From NCBI GenBank assembly GCA_050613775.1, contig JBODTK010000132.1:372001-436000 (forward strand): a stretch of 64,000 bases of DNA, written 5' to 3'. Source of the stretch: Neocallimastix sp. 'constans' (taxonomy: Eukaryota). The translations under genes and the position numbers were made by a program. Shown here piece by piece: positions 14,638-26,237 of this stretch; positions within the stretch are counted from its first letter, which is position 1; each line of letters opens with the position of its first letter. The notes below the pieces were generated by a model. That model saw nothing but the letters and a program-made list of their open reading frames with translations. It was not told the origin of the DNA and did not search any database.

Positions 14638-15773
14638 GCTAAAATAAATATATTTATTTATTTTCTTTTATTATTAATAAAATATTATATTACTTTATTT
14701 TTATTTTTTTTAAGCAATCAGCTTTATATAAAAAAATATATATATTTAAATTACTTTAATATATTATATATAAACCGCACCTAATTCAAATTTTAAATTT
14801 TTCAATTATGTTTTTTTTTTTTTTAAAAAAATAATATATATATATTATATGATATGTCTTATAATTCCATTTATTAATAATCTAGTATTAAATATTTAAT
14901 AGTTTCCTCAAAATAAAAAAAATAATAAAGTAAATAATATTATTTTAAATAATTATAGAAATCTCTTTGTTAATGAGTGTTTGTTTTCCTTACTTTTAAA
15001 TAATATAATAAATATTTTTTATTTAATTTTTTATTCCTATCATAATACTTTCACTAACTTTACTATTTTTAAACTAATTTATTACTAATACTATTTCATT
15101 AGCTATCTAAAAATAATTATATTTCAATTACGTTCAGATTTAAAACTAATATGATTTATATAATAACTAATTTTTTCTTATATATCTTAGTTTTAAAAAA
15201 AAAATAAACTTAAATAAAAAAAAAAAAAAATAAAGCCATCATCATTATAAATCATAATAATCATAATTAACGTTTATATGTTTATGTAATATTTTTAAAT
15301 TAATAAAGCTTTTTAACTAACTAATTAATTTATTAATTTTCAATATTTTTTCTTTTTTAATAACCTTAAAAAAAATAAAAAATTATATATTAAATAAATA
15401 TTTTTTAAAAAAAAAAGAGTATTTTTAAATATTTTTCAAAAAAAAAATTTTTAATACTCATCTAAAAAAAAAAAAATAAAAAATAAAAAAAAATAGAATA
15501 ATATAAGTTAATTATTTTTTTCTTCTTCTTTAAATAAGAAAAAAAAGTTAAAAATTCTATGCAAAAATAATTCTTTGTTATATTATTATTAATACTTTAA
15601 TATTCAAATTGTTTTATTCTATTGAAAAAATGAAATTCCTAAAAAATATTAATATTTTAATATATCATTGATGAAGTATTTGTAAAAAAAAAAATAATAA
15701 AATAAAAATAAAAAATAAAAAAAGTGTGTAAAAGTTTAAAAACCCTATTTTCAAATAATTATGTATATTTATT

Positions 15774-15817
<44 letters not shown>

Positions 15818-16046
15818 AAAATAAAAAGTATGATTCATCTTTTAAAAAAATTTCATTAAATATAAATTTAATAATAAATATAAGTAAAAATTAAAATAGA
15901 TTTTATATTTTTTTTATAACTGAATTACAAAATTTTATTGTTCTATTTTCTAGTTAAAACTTATTTCTTGATAAAGAAAAAATATATAATTTTGAAAAAT
16001 AAATATAATATTATCAATAATAGTATTTCTTATTTATTTATGATAA

Positions 16047-16097
<51 letters not shown>

Positions 16098-16584
16098 GAT
16101 TAATTATTTCCAATAAAATTATTTCTATTTAAATTTAATTTCTTATAAAAATGTTCATAATAAAAAAAATTATTATAAAATGAAATACAGAAATATTTTA
16201 TTCAACAACTTTATTATTTATATAATTTTGATAAATAAATATAATTCAATCTAAAAATAAAAATAAAAAAAAAAAATTATATACTTTTTATTTTATTTTT
16301 TCTAAAAAAAATGATAAATTATAAATATTAATATATTTTTATTTTAAAATTAATTTACTTGTATAAATTATTTATTATGAAAATTATGAATATTTTTTAC
16401 ATTTTCAACCTAAATTTAGGTAAAATATTGCATTTCAACATAAGATTAAGAATTTTTAACAGAACTACAAATTAATATAATTATTTAAATATTTTAATAA
16501 TTTAATAACTTCTCTATAAATATATTTTGATTTAAGAAATAAATGATAATATTGATTATTTAAAAATTTTTTATCATTTAATAC

Positions 16585-16615
<31 letters not shown>

Positions 16616-18863
16616 TCTACTTTAATATAATTTTTACATTATTAAATAATTATAAAAATTATATAAATTTATATTTTATGTTTTAAATAGCTGTAATAAT
16701 AATTATTTTCAAAAATTATTAATAATATTAAATATAATAAAATATATTTGAAATATGAAATTTAAAAAAAAAATTAATTATAATTAATTTGGAATATTTT
16801 ATTAATTAAAAAAAAAATAATAATAACAATAATTTTATTAATTTGATCAATTTCCTTTTTTGGTAATTTGTAAGCATGTATCTTAATCTTTGGTTTTGTT
16901 AAAATGAAAAAAATTGTTTTGTATATTATATGTTAATTTATAATATATGAATTAGATTGAATGGCTTATGAGTTGAATTTATTTCCAAAAAAGGTTAATT
17001 ACTTTTAAAAAACTTTAAATTTAGTTAATCATAAGTTAAAAAATAAATTATTTTTATTTAAATTACAATATACTTTCCCATATAAATTAATATATGAAGT
17101 ACATAAAATTTTTAAAAATTTTAAGCAAATTTTTTTTTAAAAACGACTCAAAATAATTATAAAAATATATTATTTCATAAATCAATAGTGTAGTATTAAT
17201 AAATACTAAATATCAAATATTAAATACTAAATGCAAAATATTAAATATTAAGTTTTATAATAAATAATAAAATAAAAATTATATAATAAAAAAAATCAAA
17301 GTACTATAAATGTTTCTTCTTGTTACTTTTGTAATATCGAAAAATTTTTCTTTTAAAAAAAGACATTAAATAAATTTTTTTTTTATATGCTAATATCAAT
17401 TTTTTAGATATATTCATATTTTTACGATTTATTTTTCTACAATCATTAATTTTAATAATTGCTTAATATATATTATTTCTATCTTTCATTATGAATATTT
17501 TGGTATCAATCTTGATAATAAACTAAAATTTATTATAATTTAATTTTAAAATAATTTTGATTTACAATACATAAAAAAAATTATTTTGTACTATTAAAAA
17601 GTTCTATATAAATTATAAATATTTATGTATTTAAGTGAAAACTAATAAAAAATTCTAATGATTAGGTTATTACCTAATGATTTAAGGTTGTTTTATATAT
17701 ATTGATATTTTCTAACCTTTAAAAAAAATAAAAACTTTTTGTAAAATCTTAAGAAATAGTTAAGAAAAATAAAAATAATAAATAAAATCAATAAATATAA
17801 AAAAAATAATAAATGAATAAATGAATATCCTTTTTTTTCATTTATTAATATAAATAATTAATTATAACACTAATTCATCTTAATTTTGTTTATTCTTTTA
17901 ATATCAATTCTGATATTTAATATAATTAAAAATTAATTAAATATAAGGAGGAAATATGTACAAATTTTATTAAATTTTTATAGAATAGCATTGAGCTTTT
18001 GATATTTAATTGTTCAAGCAAATAATCATTAAAGATTTTTATATTTTTTATTTTATCCATATGTATGATGTTTGTTTTATTAATTATATATACATTTCAA
18101 ACTTAATGAAATATTTAAAATTATGGGTGATGAATACATATTTTAAATATTGCATTAAGTATAAAATAATTTAATATAATGGTTTATATATATATATATC
18201 TGGTTTTCATATACTTAGTATTTCTTTTTATTAATTTATTTTTATTAAAGATACTATAACTGGAAAACATACAAAGAAAAATAGGAAAAATACTAATGTT
18301 ATACTTAAAAGGAAATATTATAACATGCAAACAGAAAATAGAAAATAGAAAAAGTTAGGTAATGAATCCATAATACATTTAGTATTCGGTATAAAATATT
18401 TTAATATAATGTCTTTTAAATAAATCTTTCTTTTTTATTCATGAACATATTATATTATATTATATTATATTATATTATATTATATTATATACTATAACTG
18501 GAAAACAAACTAAAAACAAAACAAAAAAACAAAAAAACAAAACAAAAAAAAAAACTAATATCATACTTAAAAGGAAATACAGAAGGTAATGGAAAAAAAA
18601 ATGCAAACATTTAAAGCAAAAAAATTTTTTTTTTCTCGTGCGTGTGTGTGAAATGTTTAATATAAAATTGTTTATGTTTGTTACGTAAAAGTTTATTTTA
18701 TTATATTTAAAATATTTTTAAAATTTTGGATATTATTTATTGATAGAATATATATAAAATATAAAATATTTAAAATTACTATTATTTATATTATTAATGG
18801 AAAATTATTCAATTCCTAAAAAAATAATATTATATATTTTCTTCTTTTTTTATTTATTTATTT

Positions 18864-18929
<66 letters not shown>

Positions 18930-19507
18930 AATTAGAGAAAGAAAAAATGGTAAAATTAATAACACATTATCATATATTATCATAAAGAAAAAGGATTAAT
19001 TTAATTCAAATTAATTTATGATATTAGTCCAATCATTAATAATAATCGAAAGTAATACATAAAGATATCATATCAATTATAAGGATATAAAAAGTAAATT
19101 ATTAATGCTATTTTTAATAATAATTTACTTAAATTATATAATAAAAATTATTATTGCATTAATAATTTACTTTTAATACCCTAAGTATTTAATTAATTCT
19201 TTAAATTTAAATATATATGAATTGTGAAAATTAAATATATGTATAGCACAAAGAATTAAAAAAACTAGTCCTTATAAAATAAACAAAAAAAAAAAAAGTT
19301 ATAATTTAATTTACCAGTTTTATATATAATAAAATTGAGCATTCATATGTATATTTTTAAATAATAATTGCTAAAATAAAATGAATTATTATCTAAATAT
19401 ATGTCAATATTATAAGAAATAGTGAAAATATATTTTTTTTTTTTTCTTTTTTTCAAAAATAATAGTTGATAGGGTATAAAATCATTGAACCAATAAAGAA
19501 AAATCAG

Positions 19508-19567
<60 letters not shown>

Positions 19568-19571
<4 letters not shown>

Positions 19572-19743
19572 CTAGAGCTAGTACTCGAAAAGTGTTGCTA
19601 TTCCAATGGTATAAGAACAAATTGAAAAGTACCTTTGATGGAGAAGACCATAATTTCTTTTAGAAAATCAATTCAAACCTTAATCCGAAAAAAGAATTCT
19701 TTTTAAGCAGAAATATTATAATCTGGAGGTGAGGTTCGTTGCA
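19568..19743 (+). pseudogene. Short relic of the same unidentified element (copy 2)
   Basis: MPRASTRKVLLFQWYKNKL..FDGEDHNFF*KINSNLN aligns with IPRVSTRQGLLFRRYKRKL..FEGEEHNFFQIVNSNPN at 5883-6059(-). Confidence 0.6.
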
Positions 19744-20155
19744 TATAAACATTTTTTCTAAATTTATTTATACGCTTTATTTTTGAATGTTACTTTTTAT
19801 TTCACATTATTATTTAATATATTATTAGGTTTTAATTGGATAAATAATATATATTTTTTTATTAATTGAGTGTTTCTTATAAAAAAAAAATATTCATGTA
19901 ATTAATAAATAAATAAATAAACAAAGTTTAAAATTCGCAATAATTACGGCTGTAAAAAATCTAAAAAAAAAAAAAAAAAAAAAAAATGATACTACAATAA
20001 TAAAATTTTGAACTTTTAAATTTAATTCATAAATTGATTCTTATATATATATACTTTTTAATTTATATAAAAATATAAATTAATTTTTCCTTTTTTGTTA
20101 CTCTAATAATTTATTCAATAAAAAAATTTTTTATTTAAAATATTTTAAAAAATCG

Positions 20156-20226
20156 AGGTCCTACCGAGGTTCGAACTCGGGTTATTAGATTCAGAGTCTA
20201 ATGTGCTACCACTACACTATAGAACC
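20156..20226 (-). tRNA. tRNA-Gln (anticodon CTG)
   Basis: Minus strand GGTTCTA..TAGGACC acceptor stem, anticodon arm TTAGA-CTCTGAA-TCTAA, T-loop TTCGAAC, and a T6 Pol III terminator 3 nt downstream. Confidence 0.95.
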
Positions 20227-20244
20227 TTTCGTATTGTTTGAATA

Positions 20245-20924
20245 TGTAATAATCTATTTATAATATACTAACTATAACTAGATTATTAATATTTTAAGAT
20301 ATAAAAATTTATACTTAACTTTATATAGAGTTTATTATAAACACTAAATATTGAAATAAACAAAAAGACTTTATTTTCTTTTAATTTATTATATAGCATT
20401 ATATAATAATAACTCTAATTTCTTTAATCAAAGAAATTTGAGTTCTTTTATACTTTTTTATTTATAATTATTTTAATAGATGAAATTATTAAATAGATGT
20501 AATTATTAAATAAATAAAATAGATAAGATAAAGTTAACAAATCAAATAAAGGTATCTAATCTTAACAAATTGATATTCAGGAAAAGATTAGTAGAAAAAC
20601 CTGAATAACTTCGATTAATATTCTAATATATTAATCATCGTATTAATTAATAAAAACCCAATCATAATAATATTGGGGAAAAAATTAATTAACCGATTGC
20701 TAAAATCTTATAAATTATCAACTAATTGAAATAATAAAATATAAATAATATTTTTAAGTAATTAATACATTACAACAAATTTGTTTACATTATTTTTCAA
20801 TATATTAATTTGGATAAATTAATATATTTTTTACATGTTAATAAATATTGAAATATAAATGAAATATAAATTAATTAAATAAGAAGATAGATTATTTTAT
20901 AAGAAATAAATCTATATTCTTACA
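20245..20924 (-). repeat. 3' LTR of the Ty3/gypsy element
   Basis: TGTAATAATC..TTCTTACA on +; no differences from 25558-26237 seen by eye. Confidence 0.95.
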
Positions 20925-20939
20925 TTGCCCTTTTTTCTT
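20925..20939 (-). other. Polypurine tract of the Ty3/gypsy element
   Basis: Minus strand AAGAAAAAAGGGCAA abuts the 3' LTR. Confidence 0.85.
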
Positions 20940-20959
20940 AATTTGAAATGGGAAAATAC

Positions 20960-23900
20960 TTACACGTTGTTTTCCTTTAATTCTGGATTCCTTTCAGAGT
21001 ATGGTTCCAATTGTGAAATATGGAAAATCGGATGCAGATGCAGATTTTCTGGTAGCTCTAACCGATAATTTAATCTTTCTCTTTCTTCAATTATTTTAAA
21101 GGGTCCTAAATATTGAGAAGATAATTTGCGTGAAGGTTCATTAGAAAAGTAATGTCTTTTTAACCATACTTTATCGTTTACCTTCAATTTTGGACCGAAA
21201 GATTTTCTATTATCTCCGAATTTCTTGTAGTCTTCCTTAGCCTTAATGAGATGTCTCTTAAGGCCATTGAAATGAGAAGCCCAGTCTCTTGTGAGGACAG
21301 AAGCATTGTCAGTAAGAAGAACTGGAGGAGAATCAATATTACAACTAGGGTTGAATCCGTAATTGGCATAAAAGGGAGAACATCCTATTGATTTATGCAA
21401 TGAATTGTTATATGCGAGTTCACATAATGGTAAATAAAAACACCAATCTGTCTGGGCAGAAGAACAATAGCATCTTAAATATTGCTCTATTACAGCGTTA
21501 GCCCTTTCTACTTGGCCATTTGATTGTTGGTGGAATGCAGTAGCTAGACTTGGTTTTATACTAAGGGCACTACAAAGTGAAGTCCAAAATTCGGAGGAAA
21601 ATTGGGAACCATGGTCAGAAACTATAATCTTCGGGAATCCGTGGTATCGGAAAACATTGTTTAAGAGGAGTCTGGCAGTTAAATCAGCGGATGGAACGTC
21701 AGAACAAGGTGTAAGGTGTATCATTTTTGTCAAATGATCTGAAACAACCAAAATGCAGGTGCAGTTTTGAGAATTAGGGAGTGATACTATGAAATCTACT
21801 CCAATGATTTCCCAAGGTTTACTGGGCACCGGAAGAGGTTGTATTTTTCCGTAAGGTTTATGCTTACGTACTTTGCTTTTTCCACAAGTGATACATGACT
21901 TAATGTAATTTTGAACGTCATTTTTCATGTTCGGCCACCAATAATATCTCCGAAGTTTTTCGAGAGTTTTATCAATACCTTGGTGTCCGTTTGTAGGAGT
22001 ATCGTGGAAAGATTTGAGCACCTTATGTTTAAGAGAGGATGGGACAATAATCCTTTTTTGGAAGTGTAAAACTCCATCAACAAGAGTGAATAATGATGAA
22101 TTAACTTTATTTGAAGATTTATCATAAATCTTTTCCATAGTATTTTTACAAAATTTATCCTTCTTCTGGGCGTCGATAAGTAAGCTTATATTTTCAACAG
22201 AAGCGCAACAGAAAATATTATCATCAAGAACAGCTGGATTGAAATCGTTTTTGGGAACTTTATTTCTATAATCGGGGCGTCTGGATAATGAATCTGGTTT
22301 TACACTATTTTCTCCTGGTCTATGAGATATTCTAAAATCAAATTTTGACAAGTATAGACTCCACCTAACCTGGCGTTGATTAAGATTTTGGGGTTTCCTA
22401 AAATACAGTAGGTTTTTATGGTCAGTTATAATTCGAACGGGGTATTTGGCACCTTCCAAGTGATGTCTCCACGTTTCAAATGCAACGATGATGGCTAGGA
22501 GTTCCTTATCGTATATGGTATAATTTATTTCATTCTTATTTAGTGCTCTTGAGTGAAATGCAATTGGATGGAGTAATTTATCTTTGTCATAAATTTGTGA
22601 TAGTACGCAACCGACAGCGTAATCACTAGCATCTGTTTCCAGTATAAATTCCTTCTCTGGGTCAGGAAAAATTAAAAATTCATTATCTTTAAAAGCAGAC
22701 TTTAATTTGTTGAAAGCTTCATCTTTAGATTCATCCCAAATAAAAGTTACATTTTTCTTTAATAAATTTCTTAGAGGTTCCATTATCTTGGCAAAATTTT
22801 TTATAAATTTTCTATAATAATTACAAAGACCGAGAAAGCTTTGCAAATCTTTGATATTTGTTGGGGTTGGCCATTCTAATATTGAGTTTAATTTACTTGC
22901 ATCCATTATCAATCCTGTAGATGAGACAGTGAATCCTAGGAATGTTGTGGATTTCACATGGAAATCGCACTTTTCTAACTTTGCATAGAGTCCATTACTA
23001 ATTAAGAGATTCAAAACTGTCTTAACATGATCAATATGACTGGTATTGTTACTTGAGTAGATAATTATATCGTCTAAGTAAACCTGTACGAACTTTCCAA
23101 TAACTTCAGAAAATATATCTTGAACGAATCTCTGGAACACAGAAGGAGCATTGCGTAATCCAAAGGGCATAACTAAATATTCGTAATGACCCAATGGTGT
23201 GCGGAATGCTGTAAGATATTCTTGTCCTTCTTTGATGCGTATAAGATTATACGCAGACCTTAAGTCAAGTCTCGTAAATATAATTGCTCCCTTGAAACAT
23301 TCAATTAGATCACTTATTCTTGGAATTGGATAACTATTGCGAATAGTTATCGCATTCAATTTTCGATAATCTACGCAAAGACGTAGTGTTCCGTCACGTT
23401 TCATAACAAAAAGAACAGGTGCGCCTGCGGGAGATTTTGATTTCCGAATAAAGCCTTTTTTCAGATTTTCTTTTATGTATTCTTTAAGTGCTTTTAATTC
23501 CTTTGCAGTTAGTGAGTATATTGGACCATAATATAATTGACTTCCGGGAATGAGTTCTATCGACATGTCATACTTTCTGTGCTTTGGTAATTTGTCAGCT
23601 TGTTGTTTCTCAAAAACTATCTTAAATTCTAAGTAATATTTATTGATTATCTCTTCTTTTTCTTCCATTGTTTGTTGTTTGATATTATCTACCATAACAG
23701 CACACAAATCACCGTCAGAGATATCTTCCTCAACGTTGCTTTCAGAAAAGATCGAATCGTTAGTAAGGATAGCCTCGGGTACCATAGATGCAGTTATTTC
23801 TTTAGAGTGAAACATAAATTTGTTTCCTTTGGACGAAGGGCAATGATCAGAACAGAATTTTTCCAAAAAGTAAATATAATTATTTTCAAAGTTAATATAT

Positions 23901-25000
23901 GGCTTATGGATATTAAGCCAATCTCTTCCGAGAATTCCTGAGATTCCATGGAGTTGAAGATTTGCTACACAGAATTCGAAATTTTCTTTATGATCCATAA
24001 ATTGAAGTTGAAGACTTTTAGTTGTTTGTTTAATATTCATATTTTTATTATTCGGTAGCTGGATATTTATTGGTGAAGGGAGACCTGAAACTGGTATTTT
24101 GTTAGCGGTTACAAAGTCTTTACATATAAAGCTTCTAGCAGATCCAGAGTCTATCATGAGTTTTATTTTTAAAGGCTTATTGTTGAAGGATATAGTAAAA
24201 GTATTAGTCATTTTCCCTGTAAAACTGGGTGTGAAATTTGCTGATAATAAATTTTTCTTTTTAGATCTTAATTCGTTATGTTTGAAATGATTATATGCTT
24301 TTTTATCGTTCTTGTTCAGCTCATGTCTTTTCATTCTGAACGTTGATTTTTTGTTATATTTGTTAATATGACTGTTGGTTATTTTATTATTCAAAAGACA
24401 TCTTTTATCAATTTCAATTATCATGTTGGTAGCTTCAAATAAAGTCTGAGGTTTATTTTTTACCTTGTCAAATTCTTCTTTAACTTCATCAATTAGTCCA
24501 CGTCTTATTAAGTCTATAAGGACATTATCTTGCCATCCGATCCTCCTTGACAACCTTCTAAATTCAATGGTATAAAAGGTAGCTTTACCTAAATGTTTTT
24601 GTTTTAACTCCAATAATTGTTCGATAAGAGCATATTTCTGCTCTTTCGTATCTCCAAAATTTTTTATAAGTAGATGTTTAAATTTTTTATAACTTAAACT
24701 TTCTAAAATATTATCAGTTTTTAGGGAGAGACCCCATTTCTTTGCAACACCTTGAAGTTTATTAATAACAAAGGTGTTTTTATATATGTCCGATGGAAAA
24801 GAGTTTGGATGTTCTTGAAAGAACATCTCACTTTGTTCCAGGACGTCGTTGATGTTCATCAACGTTTCATCTTCGTCTTTTGATAAGACACCTTTTGATG
24901 AAAAGAATGTTGGAATGAACTCAGTCAGGGTAGAGATAAATTTTGAAGTTTCATTTTCTTTAGGGGCATACTCTTTCATACTTTGTTCATTTAGTTCCAT
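20960..25000 (-). CDS. Fused Gag-Pol polyprotein (Gag-PR-RT-RNase H-IN)
   Basis: 1346 aa: protease IDSGS, RT LRLCVDYRKLN / MPFGL / YLDD, RNase H ETDASD, integrase HHCC zinc finger, DDE core and GPF motif. RT-RH-IN order defines Ty3/gypsy. Confidence 0.97.
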   Translation of the reverse strand: MELNEQSMKEYAPKENETSKFISTLTEFIPTFFSSKGVLSKDEDETLMNINDVLEQSEMFFQEHPNSFPSDIYKNTFVINKLQGVAKKWGLSLKTDNILESLSYKKFKHLLIKNFGDTKEQKYALIEQLLELKQKHLGKATFYTIEFRRLSRRIGWQDNVLIDLIRRGLIDEVKEEFDKVKNKPQTLFEATNMIIEIDKRCLLNNKITNSHINKYNKKSTFRMKRHELNKNDKKAYNHFKHNELRSKKKNLLSANFTPSFTGKMTNTFTISFNNKPLKIKLMIDSGSARSFICKDFVTANKIPVSGLPSPINIQLPNNKNMNIKQTTKSLQLQFMDHKENFEFCVANLQLHGISGILGRDWLNIHKPYINFENNYIYFLEKFCSDHCPSSKGNKFMFHSKEITASMVPEAILTNDSIFSESNVEEDISDGDLCAVMVDNIKQQTMEEKEEIINKYYLEFKIVFEKQQADKLPKHRKYDMSIELIPGSQLYYGPIYSLTAKELKALKEYIKENLKKGFIRKSKSPAGAPVLFVMKRDGTLRLCVDYRKLNAITIRNSYPIPRISDLIECFKGAIIFTRLDLRSAYNLIRIKEGQEYLTAFRTPLGHYEYLVMPFGLRNAPSVFQRFVQDIFSEVIGKFVQVYLDDIIIYSSNNTSHIDHVKTVLNLLISNGLYAKLEKCDFHVKSTTFLGFTVSSTGLIMDASKLNSILEWPTPTNIKDLQSFLGLCNYYRKFIKNFAKIMEPLRNLLKKNVTFIWDESKDEAFNKLKSAFKDNEFLIFPDPEKEFILETDASDYAVGCVLSQIYDKDKLLHPIAFHSRALNKNEINYTIYDKELLAIIVAFETWRHHLEGAKYPVRIITDHKNLLYFRKPQNLNQRQVRWSLYLSKFDFRISHRPGENSVKPDSLSRRPDYRNKVPKNDFNPAVLDDNIFCCASVENISLLIDAQKKDKFCKNTMEKIYDKSSNKVNSSLFTLVDGVLHFQKRIIVPSSLKHKVLKSFHDTPTNGHQGIDKTLEKLRRYYWWPNMKNDVQNYIKSCITCGKSKVRKHKPYGKIQPLPVPSKPWEIIGVDFIVSLPNSQNCTCILVVSDHLTKMIHLTPCSDVPSADLTARLLLNNVFRYHGFPKIIVSDHGSQFSSEFWTSLCSALSIKPSLATAFHQQSNGQVERANAVIEQYLRCYCSSAQTDWCFYLPLCELAYNNSLHKSIGCSPFYANYGFNPSCNIDSPPVLLTDNASVLTRDWASHFNGLKRHLIKAKEDYKKFGDNRKSFGPKLKVNDKVWLKRHYFSNEPSRKLSSQYLGPFKIIEERERLNYRLELPENLHLHPIFHISQLEPYSERNPELKENNV

Positions 25001-25077
25001 CTTGATTTATTTTCCTAAAAAAAATTTAATATATAAAATAAAATAAAAAGTTAAGTAGTATCAAAATATATATATAA

Positions 25078-25079
<2 letters not shown>

Positions 25080-25149
<70 letters not shown>

Positions 25150-25155
25150 TAAAAC

Positions 25156-25209
<54 letters not shown>

Positions 25210-25262
25210 TAAAACTATTATTATTATTATTATTATTATTACAATTACTATATTATTATTTT
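25080..25262. repeat. (TAT/AAT)n microsatellite in the gypsy 5' leader
   Basis: Long TAT array interrupted twice by ACTAAAACT, 60 bp apart. Confidence 0.9.
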
Positions 25263-25467
25263 TTATTACTACTATTAAAATATACGTATTTTTTTTTTTT
25301 TTTTTTTTTATTATTATCATTTAAATACTAAAGAATTAATTGTAATATATGTATTGATTGAATTATTTAATTAAATTAATTTATTTTATATATTGTAATA
25401 TATTATTTGATTCAAACTTTAAATTATAATTAAATTGAAAAAATTTATCTCAAAAGTTAAAGTATCT

Positions 25468-25520
<53 letters not shown>

Positions 25521-25542
25521 TAATTATTTTATTTAAATTACT

Positions 25543-25557
25543 AATTAGAGTTATTAT
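25543..25557 (-). other. Self-priming-type primer binding site
   Basis: Minus strand ATAATAACTCTAATT directly follows the 5' LTR, has no TGG, and is a perfect complement of LTR 25719-25733. Confidence 0.8.
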
Positions 25558-26237
25558 TGTAATAATCTATTTATAATATACTAACTATAACTAGATTATT
25601 AATATTTTAAGATATAAAAATTTATACTTAACTTTATATAGAGTTTATTATAAACACTAAATATTGAAATAAACAAAAAGACTTTATTTTCTTTTAATTT
25701 ATTATATAGCATTATATAATAATAACTCTAATTTCTTTAATCAAAGAAATTTGAGTTCTTTTATACTTTTTTATTTATAATTATTTTAATAGATGAAATT
25801 ATTAAATAGATGTAATTATTAAATAAATAAAATAGATAAGATAAAGTTAACAAATCAAATAAAGGTATCTAATCTTAACAAATTGATATTCAGGAAAAGA
25901 TTAGTAGAAAAACCTGAATAACTTCGATTAATATTCTAATATATTAATCATCGTATTAATTAATAAAAACCCAATCATAATAATATTGGGGAAAAAATTA
26001 ATTAACCGATTGCTAAAATCTTATAAATTATCAACTAATTGAAATAATAAAATATAAATAATATTTTTAAGTAATTAATACATTACAACAAATTTGTTTA
26101 CATTATTTTTCAATATATTAATTTGGATAAATTAATATATTTTTTACATGTTAATAAATATTGAAATATAAATGAAATATAAATTAATTAAATAAGAAGA
26201 TAGATTATTTTATAAGAAATAAATCTATATTCTTACA
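25558..26237 (-). repeat. 5' LTR of the Ty3/gypsy element
   Basis: 680-bp direct repeat of 20245-20924. Confidence 0.95.
25758..25765 (-). promoter_or_regulatory. Candidate TATA box of the gypsy LTR
   Basis: TATAAAAG on minus, beginning 32 nt upstream of the predicted self-primer. The AT-rich background weakens the call. Confidence 0.5.

Larger units (their letters stand above)
20245..26237 (-). mobile_element. Full-length Ty3/gypsy LTR retrotransposon
   Basis: Two 680-bp TG..CA LTRs, 5-bp TSD GAATA (20240-20244 and 26238-26242), polypurine tract (PPT), single intact gag-pol ORF. Confidence 0.97.

Noticed and set aside
9535..19560. Hidden genes in the 10-kb AT-rich desert, including ORFs 14204-14407 and 18797-18985 and a coding-looking patch near 11950-12350
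   Set aside because: Microsatellite-derived or stop-riddled frames with no recognisable motifs or exon chain.
25051..25320. Poly-Ile ORF (similarly poly-Tyr 38672-38866)
   Set aside because: Translations of TAT/AAT microsatellites.
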